The notes under the pieces: model-generated
The model's input: only the letters and a program-made list of their open reading frames with translations
Database searches by the model: none
What the model was told of the DNA's origin: nothing
Origin: Deltaproteobacteria bacterium
GTDB taxonomy: Bacteria > Myxococcota_A > UBA9160 > SMWR01
Length of the DNA: 64,000 bases
Reading direction: 5' to 3'
Assembly (NCBI GenBank): GCA_032128115.1
Contig: JAQBHB010000093.1
Span: 128,001 to 192,000 of the forward strand
Shown here: one piece after another, positions 56,648-64,000 of the stretch
Layout: the number at the start of each line of letters is the position of its first letter
Position numbering within the stretch: position 1 is the first letter of the stretch
Made by a program: the position numbers and the translations under genes

Positions 56648-57856
56648 ATGGCGAACGCCGACCAGGCCGTCTTCGAGCCGTGCAGCGCCGAAACCTGGCG
56701 CAATCCCTTCCCCATGTACGCAGCCCTGCGCGATCACGATCCGGTCCACCACGTGCCGGACAACGGCGAAGGCGAGGACTACTGGGTGCTGTCGCGCTTC
56801 CAGCACATCTTCGATGCCGCCGTCGACGCCGCGAGCTTCAGCTCGGCCCAGGGTCTCACCTTCGCGTATGGCGAAATGGAGAAGGTCGGCGTCGAGGCGC
56901 CCGTGGTGATGATGGATCCGCCCGAGCACACGCGGCTGCGCAAGCTCGCGATCAAGCGATTCACGCCCCAGCGGGTGCAGGCGCTGGAGCCCATGCTTCG
57001 CGAGTTCGTGGTGGAGCGAGTCGAGCGCCTGCGCGAGATGGGCGAGGGTGACATCGTGGCCGAGCTGCTCAAGCCCCTGCCGAGTCTGGTGGTGGCCCAC
57101 TTCCTGGGCGTCCCCCGGGAAGACCGGACGCTTTTCGACCGCTGGACCCAGGCCATCGTGGCCGCCAATGCCATCGGCGACGTGCTTTCGGCGGCCGAAG
57201 CCGTGGGCGAGATGTTCGGCTACTTCAACCGCCTGATCGCGAAGCGCCGCACGGACCCAGGCGAGGATCTCATCTCGGCACTGGTCCACGGCAGGATCCA
57301 GGGTCGCGAGGTGGGATTGGCGCAGATCCTGGGCTTCGGATTCACCATGGTGACCGGAGGCAACGACACCACCACCGGACTGTTGGGCGGCGCCGTCGAA
57401 CTGCTGACGCGCCACCCGGACCAGCGCGCGCTGCTGCTCGCGGACCCGGAACGCACGAAGGACGCCGTGGACGAGTTCCTGCGCCTCACCGCCCCCGTGC
57501 AGGGCCTGGCGCGGATGACGACCCGAGACGTGGAAGTCGAGGGCCGCGGGATTCCGGCGGGCCGCAAGGTGATGCTGCTCTACGCCTCGGCGAACCGCGA
57601 CGAGCGCGAATTCGGGCCGCGCGCGGCCGAGTGCGATGTCCTGCGCCGGCCCAGGCGCATCCTGAGCTTCAGCTATGGGCCTCATCATTGCATCGGCGCC
57701 GCCGCCGCTCGTCTCCAGGCCCGGATCGCGCTGGAGGAGTTGCTGGCTCGCTGCCCCGAGTACAGCGTGGACGCCGAGCGCGGACGCTATGCACCGGGCC
57801 ACTTCGTGCGGCGTTTCGAATCGCTGCCGTTTCGCGCGAAAGGTGGCGTGCGGTGA
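56648..57856 (+). CDS. Cytochrome P450, CYP130-like
   Basis: [55 protein letters not shown]. Confidence 0.9.
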   Translation: MANADQAVFEPCSAETWRNPFPMYAALRDHDPVHHVPDNGEGEDYWVLSRFQHIFDAAVDAASFSSAQGLTFAYGEMEKVGVEAPVVMMDPPEHTRLRKLAIKRFTPQRVQALEPMLREFVVERVERLREMGEGDIVAELLKPLPSLVVAHFLGVPREDRTLFDRWTQAIVAANAIGDVLSAAEAVGEMFGYFNRLIAKRRTDPGEDLISALVHGRIQGREVGLAQILGFGFTMVTGGNDTTTGLLGGAVELLTRHPDQRALLLADPERTKDAVDEFLRLTAPVQGLARMTTRDVEVEGRGIPAGRKVMLLYASANRDEREFGPRAAECDVLRRPRRILSFSYGPHHCIGAAAARLQARIALEELLARCPEYSVDAERGRYAPGHFVRRFESLPFRAKGGVR

Positions 57857-58413
57857 CCAGCGCCTGGCTCCGCGAGGAACAGCCGGATCTGGCGGCGGAC
57901 CGCATCCTGGATGCTGCGGAGAAGGTCTTCATCGAGCGGGGAGTTTCGTCCGCCGGCATGGCGCAGATCGCCGAGGCCGCGGGATGTTCGCGCGGAACCC
58001 TTTACCGCTACTTCAAGAACCGCCACGAACTGCACCGGGCCTACGTCAACCGCGAGGCCCTGCGCCTGATCGATCGCATGGGCCGCGACCTCCAGTCCAT
58101 TGCCGATCCCCGCGAGCGCCTGGTGGAGGTCGTCCTGCGATCGGTGCGCGAGGTCCGGAACAACCCGGCTACCGCCGCCTGGTTCGTTTCCGCCGAGGCC
58201 GGTCGGGCAGCCCGGATGTCGCGGAGCTCGGAGCTGATCGACGCGCTGGCCCAGGCATTCGTGAGCCGACTCCCGGCGCCCCACGACCCGCTGCGGGCCC
58301 GCTGGCTGGTGCGGGTGATCGTGTCGCTCCTCAGCATGCCGGGCGAGGACGGCGCCGAGGAGCGCGCCCTGGTGGAGCGCTTCGTGGCGCCGGTGGTGTT
58401 GGGCCAGGCCTGA
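57853..58413 (+). CDS. TetR/AcrR family regulator (Rv1255c-like)
   Basis: [36 protein letters not shown] overlap with the P450. Confidence 0.9.
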   Translation: MTSAWLREEQPDLAADRILDAAEKVFIERGVSSAGMAQIAEAAGCSRGTLYRYFKNRHELHRAYVNREALRLIDRMGRDLQSIADPRERLVEVVLRSVREVRNNPATAAWFVSAEAGRAARMSRSSELIDALAQAFVSRLPAPHDPLRARWLVRVIVSLLSMPGEDGAEERALVERFVAPVVLGQA

Positions 58414-58455
58414 TAGGCTCGCACGCGCAAGCGCCGACAACCGGGAGACCACGCC

Positions 58456-58890
58456 ATGATCGAGAAGACCATCGAAAACTGGCATCGCCATCTCAAGGGC
58501 GAGTTCCCCGGCGGCCTCGACGAGCTGCTGGCCGAAGACGTGGTGTTCTACTCGCCCGTCGTCTTCACGCCCCAGAAGGGGCGCGAAATCACCAAGGCCT
58601 ACCTGAACGCCGCCGGGGGCGCCCTGGGCGGGGAGGACTCCTCGGAGTCAGGCTCGTCCGCGGGGGAGAGCCGAAAGTTCCGCTACACCAAGCAGGTGTT
58701 GTCGGGCAACCAGGCTGTCCTGGAGTTCGAGACCTGGGCCGGTGGCAAGTACATCAACGGCGTCGACATCATCTGCTGCAACGACGAGGGGCGCATCGTC
58801 GAGTTCAAGGTGATGATCCGGCCCCTGCAGGCCGTGAATACGGTCCACGGGCAGATGAAGGCCATGCTGGAGAAGATGAACGCCCTCTGA
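58456..58890 (+). CDS. SnoaL/NTF2-like protein
   Basis: LLAEDVVFYSPVV, INGVDII, FKVMIRPL. Confidence 0.85.
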   Translation: MIEKTIENWHRHLKGEFPGGLDELLAEDVVFYSPVVFTPQKGREITKAYLNAAGGALGGEDSSESGSSAGESRKFRYTKQVLSGNQAVLEFETWAGGKYINGVDIICCNDEGRIVEFKVMIRPLQAVNTVHGQMKAMLEKMNAL

Positions 58891-58891
58891 G

Positions 58892-59080
58892 TCAGATGCT
58901 CTTCACGATCCGCAAGCAGAGAATCTTCGCGATGTTGAGCAGGAGCCGGGCGGCGACCCGGGGGTCGCTCTTCATGATGTTGCGGATCGTGCCCTCGCTG
59001 AGGCTTAGCACGCGCACACCGTCGGTTGCGGCGTAGACGTCGGCGGTGCGCGGCCCTTCCAGCAGGAAGGCCACCTCCCG
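58892..59080 (-). pseudogene. 3' remnant of a cyclic-nucleotide-binding-domain gene
   Basis: EVAFLLEGPRTADVYAATDGVRVLSLSE...PRVAARLLLNIAKILCLRI* is the C-terminal half of a cNMP domain, with no room for the 5' part. Confidence 0.6.
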
Positions 59081-59114
59081 AGGCCGGAGATCCGGTACCC
59101 TGGCGACGAAGATC

Positions 59115-60149
59115 ATGAAGGCGCTGCAGGTTACTCGCAACGGAAGGCCGAGCGAAGTGCTCGAGGTGGTCGATTTGGATCGGCCCGAGCCCGGCCCGGG
59201 CCAGGTCCGCATCCAGGTTGCTGCAGGCTCGCTCAACTTCAACGACCTGAACCGCTGCTACGGACGGGTGACCACGATTCCCATGCCGCCGCCCTTCACC
59301 CTGGGCATGGACGTGTGCGGGAGCGTGGACGCGGCGGGGGAGGGTGCCGAAGCGTGGCTCGGGCGGCGCGTGGTCGCCATCACGCAGATGGCCCGCGGCG
59401 GGCTGGCCGAGTACGCGCTGGCACCCCTGGACTCGGTGTTCGAGGCGCCGCCGGAGCTGGACGACGCCGAGGCCACCGCATTGGTGATCCCGTACCACAC
59501 GACGCACCTGGCGCTGTTCGAACGGGGCGGCTTGCGCGCTGGCGAAACGCTACTGGTGACCGCCGGCGCCAGTGGTCTCGGGACGGCGGCAATCCAGCTG
59601 GGCCTCGCCGCGGGCGCCCGGGTGTTCGCCACGGCGGGCGGGCCCGAAAAGACGTCTTTGTGTGAAGAGCTCGGAGCCGAACTCGTGATCGATCACCGGA
59701 AGCTGGAGTTCGCGACGGCGGTGCTTGACCACACGGGAGACGTGGGCGCCCAGGTGATCTGCGACCTGGCCGGCGGGAGCTTCGCACTCGGGGCCTTCCG
59801 CTGCATCGCCCGCGGCGGGCGCTACCTGGCGGTGGGCTTCGCCGACGACCCGGAAGGCGGCCAGACGGGTGTCTCGCTGCGGCCGGCCTGCGTGGGAAAC
59901 TTCTCCATCGTTGGCGTGATCGGCGCCTACGTCAGTCAGGTGCCGAGCGTCATCCGACGCACAGGCTTCAACCCCTTCGCCCGTGACGTCGCCGAGTCGG
60001 TGCACGCCCACCTGTTGCGTCTGGTGGCCAAGGGTGAGATCCGACCCGTCGTCGGTCGCCGGGTGTCGCTGCTCGAGGCGGGTGCCGCCCTGGAAGATCA
60101 TGAACAGCGACGAAGCCTGGGTCGCACGGTCGTGCTCCTGGACGCGTAA
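59115..60149 (+). CDS. MDR-family NADPH:quinone oxidoreductase
   Basis: SLNFND, PFTLGMD, GETLLVTAGASGLG. Confidence 0.85.
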   Translation: MKALQVTRNGRPSEVLEVVDLDRPEPGPGQVRIQVAAGSLNFNDLNRCYGRVTTIPMPPPFTLGMDVCGSVDAAGEGAEAWLGRRVVAITQMARGGLAEYALAPLDSVFEAPPELDDAEATALVIPYHTTHLALFERGGLRAGETLLVTAGASGLGTAAIQLGLAAGARVFATAGGPEKTSLCEELGAELVIDHRKLEFATAVLDHTGDVGAQVICDLAGGSFALGAFRCIARGGRYLAVGFADDPEGGQTGVSLRPACVGNFSIVGVIGAYVSQVPSVIRRTGFNPFARDVAESVHAHLLRLVAKGEIRPVVGRRVSLLEAGAALEDHEQRRSLGRTVVLLDA

Positions 60150-61399
60150 TGCCGCCCCGGTACACCTTCCGCGACGGCCGGCTCCGCTCCCGGCCCCTGC
60201 GGCTCCTCAATCGGGTGGGGCGGTCGCTCGCCGCGGTGGGGGTGGCCTGGCCTTCGCTGTGGCCGGACTCGATCGTCGCCGCGGCACGCAAGCGCGCCGG
60301 CGAAAACGACATGGGGAGCGACAGTTACCGGGAACCTCTCGAGCGTTACCTGCAGGCAGCGCGGGAAGAAGCCGAACTCACCTCCTTCGGCCGGTTGGCC
60401 ACTCGCGGGATGCTGATCTCCGCGCTCGCCAACCGCATCGCGCTGGCGGGCTGGGCGCGGGAGCACCCGGAGATCCGCGAGGAACGCATCGAGCGACCCT
60501 GGGTGATCGTGGGCCTGCCTCGGACCGGCACGAGCGTGCTCTCGATCCTGCTCGGCCTCGATCCCAACAGTCGCTCACTTCTGCAGTGGGAGGCGGCGCA
60601 TCCGATTCCGCCGCCCACCCTGGCCACGGCATCCGGGGATCCGCGCATCGCGAAGCACGCCCGCGAGCTGGCCACGCTGGCCAGGCTCACCCCCGCCATG
60701 GCCGCCATGTACCCCTTCGGTGCCACATTGGCCCAGGAGTGCGTGGCCCTGCATCTGTACGATGTGCGCACGCTGGGAGTCGAGACGCAGGCCTACGTGC
60801 CCAGCTACGGCCGCTGGCTCCAGAAATGCGACATGGCCCCCGCGTATGCGCAGCACCGGCTGGCTCTCCAGTCCCTGCAGTCGGCACAGCCCACGGGGCA
60901 CTGGGTGCTGAAAACGCCCAACCACCTGTGGTGTCTGGAGACCCTTCGCTCCTTCTACCCGGACGCCCGCATCCTCTGGACCCACCGGGATCCGGGCACC
61001 GTGGTTTCGTCCCTGGCCAGTCTGGTGAACACCGCACAGGCACTGTTCAGCGACCGACGCGATCCCAAGCCCGCCGCCGACGAGTGGCGGGGGAAAGCCC
61101 GTCACGCCATCGATTCGGGCATGGCCTTCGATGCGTCACATGCCGGCGGGTGGTGCCACCACATCCGCTACGCGGACTTCATGCGGGACGAAATCGCCAG
61201 CGTGCGCTCGATCTATGCTCATTTCGACGAAGAGGTGAGCCCTCTGCACGAGCGCCGCATGCGCGCCTGGTTGCGCGACCGGCCCCAGCACGGGCTCGGC
61301 CGCCACGTCTACGACCCGGCCGATTTCGGCTGGAGCTACGAAGAGTTGGCTGAGGATTTCCGCGGCTACCGGGAGCGATACGAGATTCCGCGCGAGTGA
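60149..61399 (+). CDS. Sulfotransferase (mycobacterial Stf-like, Sulfotransfer_3)
   Basis: IVGLPRTGTS, WVLKTPNH, THRDP...SS. Confidence 0.85.
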   Translation: MPPRYTFRDGRLRSRPLRLLNRVGRSLAAVGVAWPSLWPDSIVAAARKRAGENDMGSDSYREPLERYLQAAREEAELTSFGRLATRGMLISALANRIALAGWAREHPEIREERIERPWVIVGLPRTGTSVLSILLGLDPNSRSLLQWEAAHPIPPPTLATASGDPRIAKHARELATLARLTPAMAAMYPFGATLAQECVALHLYDVRTLGVETQAYVPSYGRWLQKCDMAPAYAQHRLALQSLQSAQPTGHWVLKTPNHLWCLETLRSFYPDARILWTHRDPGTVVSSLASLVNTAQALFSDRRDPKPAADEWRGKARHAIDSGMAFDASHAGGWCHHIRYADFMRDEIASVRSIYAHFDEEVSPLHERRMRAWLRDRPQHGLGRHVYDPADFGWSYEELAEDFRGYRERYEIPRE

Positions 61400-61481
61400 G
61401 GCCGACACGCGTGCCGCGGGCATGGTGGAACGTCGACCGATCTAGGACACTGGAGCCCTGTGAAGCCACGAGGAGGTAGGC

Positions 61482-62357
61482 ATGAAGGTCGCCACGATCG
61501 CCGAGATCCACCGATACCCGGTGAAGAGCATGCAGGGAGAGCGCCTCGAATCCGTCGCGGTGGCTGAGGACGGCTTGCGCGGCGACCGCAGCTGGGCCAT
61601 CCGGGACGAAGCGCGGGGCGGGATCGAGGGCGGGCGCAAGCTGCCCTCGCTGCTTGCATGCACGGCGCGATTTTCCGAAGCCGTGGGAGATGACGGACCG
61701 CTGCCGGTGCCGGAGATCGAGGTCCCCGATGGCACGCGACTTCTCGCCGACGATCCGGAGGCGGCGAAGCGTCTCAGCGAGCTGGCGGGCCGGAGCCTGA
61801 CCCTCTGGCCGCGGGTCGCTGCCGATGACGAGGCGCATTATCGCCGTGGAGCGCCCGACCACGACGACCTGCTGGAGGAGCTGCGGGGGATCTTCGGTCG
61901 GCTGCCCGACGAGCCCCTGCCGGATATCGGCTCGCTCCCGCCGGAGATCCTCACCGCCAGCACGCTTCCCGGCACGTACTTCGACGCGTACCCGCTCTTC
62001 CTTCTCTCCACGGCGTCTCTCGCCAGTCTGCAGGCGGCCCAGCCGGCTTCGCGTTTCGACGCCCGGCGTTTCCGCCCGAACCTGCTGCTGGAGGTCGAAG
62101 CGGACGGCGGATTTCCCGAGAACGCCTGGGTGGGCAAGCGTCTGCGAGCAGGAGATGCCGTGTTTCGGGTCGCGATGAAATGTCCGCGCTGTTTGATGAC
62201 GACCCACGCCTTTGCCGATCTGCCCAAGGATCCGAAGATCATGCGCACCCTGGTGAAGGAGAACGGCGGCGATCTGGGCGTGTACGCGGCGGTGGAGACG
62301 CCTGGAACCGTGCGCGCCGGGGACGCGGTGGAGGTGATCGGCGACAGCGCCCCGTGA
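61482..62357 (+). CDS. MOSC domain protein
   Basis: YPVKSMQGE, GDR.WA, RRFRPN, CPRC. Confidence 0.9.
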   Translation: MKVATIAEIHRYPVKSMQGERLESVAVAEDGLRGDRSWAIRDEARGGIEGGRKLPSLLACTARFSEAVGDDGPLPVPEIEVPDGTRLLADDPEAAKRLSELAGRSLTLWPRVAADDEAHYRRGAPDHDDLLEELRGIFGRLPDEPLPDIGSLPPEILTASTLPGTYFDAYPLFLLSTASLASLQAAQPASRFDARRFRPNLLLEVEADGGFPENAWVGKRLRAGDAVFRVAMKCPRCLMTTHAFADLPKDPKIMRTLVKENGGDLGVYAAVETPGTVRAGDAVEVIGDSAP

Positions 62358-63676
62358 CCGTGTCCCCGCAGCAGCATCGCCGGCGGCTTGCGCTCGGTCT
62401 GGGCCTTCTGGTGGCGACTCCGGGCTGCGCTGCGCCGCGCACCGGGCCGCCCGACGTCGTCTTGATCGTGCTCGACACCCTGCGCCCCGACCACCTGGGC
62501 GTCTACGGCTATGAACGCGAGACCGCGCCGTTTCTCGCGGATTGGGCCCGGCGCTCGGTGGTCTTCCGGCGTGCGTTCTCGGCTTCGACCTGGACGGCTC
62601 CCTCCACAGCCTCGATCTTCACGTCCCTGTTTCCCGTTCAGCACGGTGTGGTCGAGGGCATCTTCGTTCACGAGGTCCGGGCCCGGACGGTGGCAGAGAC
62701 GGGCCGGAGCAGCCTGCCACTCAACCGGATTCCGCAGGCCGTGTCCACGCTCCCCGAGATCCTGAAGGCGGCGGGCTACCAGACGTTCGGCGTGGCATCG
62801 AATGTCAACATCGGTCCGGAGATCGGCTTTTCCCGGGGCTTCGATCGTTTCGACCGACTCATGGATCGCGACGCGGGCGAACTGTTCGCGCGCCTTCGGG
62901 ACTGGGAGTCCGACTTCGATGCGACGAAGCCGCGTTTCATCTATCTCCACTTCGACGACGTCCACGAGCCCTACGCCCGGCGAGAACCCTGGTTCGAGGC
63001 CTCGGGCACCACGTTGGGCGACCTGGAAGCTGCCTACGACAGTGAGATCTCGTATGTGGACGATGTTCTGCGCCAGATGTTCGAATACTTCGATTGGGAT
63101 AGGGACGCGATCGTCGTGATCGCGTCGGACCATGGAGAGGAGTTCATGGAACACGGAGAGCTCGGTCACGGGTTGTCGCTCCACCGCGAACTCCTCCAGG
63201 TTCTGCTCCTGCTGCGGGCACCAGTCAGGGGAGAAGAGGGCCAGATCGTGACCCGGAACGTCACGACGCTGGACCTGTTGCCGACCCTCGCGGAACTCAT
63301 CGGGCTCGAACCTCGCGAAGAGTGGGAGGGCCGTTCGCTCGTCGGCCTGCTCGATGGAGACGCGGTCATTGGGGAGCGAACCCTCTTCGGCCACCGACGC
63401 CTCGAGGGCGATCCGCCCGCCGAGCTGTGGACAGCCGTCTCCGGCGACTGGCATCTGATCGAGCGGGACGGGCACTTCCAGCTCTACAACCTCTCGAACG
63501 ATCCGCAAGAGAGACTCGACCTCTCCGCAGCGCGCCGGGACGTGACGGCAAGACTTGCGGCCGAGCTCGAGGCGTTCCGAAGCTCGCTCCGGCCCCACGC
63601 CGCCGCCGAGACCTACGAATACGAACTCGATCCGGAGGGCGTCGAACGGCTGCGCGGCCTGGGGTACGTGGAGTGA
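62354..63676 (+). CDS. Sulfatase-like alkaline-phosphatase-superfamily lipoprotein (Thr at nucleophile position)
   Basis: TPGC lipobox-like, DTLRPDHL, TWTAPSTAS, DVHEPY, YDSEI, SDHGE. Confidence 0.8.
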   Translation: MTVSPQQHRRRLALGLGLLVATPGCAAPRTGPPDVVLIVLDTLRPDHLGVYGYERETAPFLADWARRSVVFRRAFSASTWTAPSTASIFTSLFPVQHGVVEGIFVHEVRARTVAETGRSSLPLNRIPQAVSTLPEILKAAGYQTFGVASNVNIGPEIGFSRGFDRFDRLMDRDAGELFARLRDWESDFDATKPRFIYLHFDDVHEPYARREPWFEASGTTLGDLEAAYDSEISYVDDVLRQMFEYFDWDRDAIVVIASDHGEEFMEHGELGHGLSLHRELLQVLLLLRAPVRGEEGQIVTRNVTTLDLLPTLAELIGLEPREEWEGRSLVGLLDGDAVIGERTLFGHRRLEGDPPAELWTAVSGDWHLIERDGHFQLYNLSNDPQERLDLSAARRDVTARLAAELEAFRSSLRPHAAAETYEYELDPEGVERLRGLGYVE

Positions 63677-63713
63677 GTTCCGCGCGGACGCAAGGATCGG
63701 TATCGTGACTTCC

Positions 63714-64000
63714 ATGTCACAGGAAGACTTCGACGTCGCCATCGTGGGACTGGGCCCCGTGGGTGCCTTCACGGGGCTACTGCTCGCCGAAGCGGGGCTC
63801 CGGGTCGCGATTTTCGAGCGGTCCCTGGAACCGGTCGTGCTGCCGCGAGCCGTGGGGCTCGACGGCGAGTCGGTGCGCGCTTTCCAGCGGATCGGACTAG
63901 GCGATACGGTTGCGGCGATCCTGCAGGCGCCGCGCGAGAAGGATCGCGTCTGCTTCACCGACTCGAAGCGCCGCATCCTGTTCGGGCTCGAGATCCCGGA
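63714..64000 (+). CDS. FAD-dependent monooxygenase (MhpA-like), N-terminal part; runs off window end
   Basis: MSQEDFDVAIVGLGPVG...FER....LPRAVGLDGESVR. Confidence 0.8.
   Translation, partial: MSQEDFDVAIVGLGPVGAFTGLLLAEAGLRVAIFERSLEPVVLPRAVGLDGESVRAFQRIGLGDTVAAILQAPREKDRVCFTDSKRRILFGLEIP

Overview
High-GC, gene-dense bacterial chromosomal segment from a diderm organism (LptF/G, autotransporter, PEP-CTERM, RND pump). The gene mix suggests a Myxococcota-like or deltaproteobacterial lineage, which is inference only. I see no rRNA, tRNA, CRISPR array, transposase or phage genes. Main blocks: (1) 2.9-19 kb, a probable envelope glyco/sulfolipid locus with a eukaryote-type neutral sphingomyelinase homologue, a 2OG-Fe(II) oxygenase, two sulfotransferases, ELM1/GtrOC1 and GT8-like glycosyltransferases (one a three-domain fusion), a fused LptF-LptG permease, an FG-GAP lipoprotein, an MMPL transporter and an SGNH hydrolase; (2) a cysteine-free redoxin with an in-frame UGA and a SECIS-like hairpin, probably a selenoprotein that the ORF track splits in two; (3) an orphan mreB and surface proteins; (4) a TTQ amine dehydrogenase operon (mauB-E-D-A plus cytochrome c, no mauG); (5) an RND efflux pair behind a sigma54-like promoter; (6) an actinobacteria-like oxidative block containing a cNMP-binding-domain/cytochrome P450 fusion, a CYP130/Rv1255c-like P450-TetR pair with a candidate operator, an F420-type LLM enzyme and a molybdoenzyme. 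Many gene junctions carry short, mutually unrelated tandem repeats, some of which duplicate RBS-start or stop-codon cassettes. All product calls come from motif recognition by eye; no searches were run.
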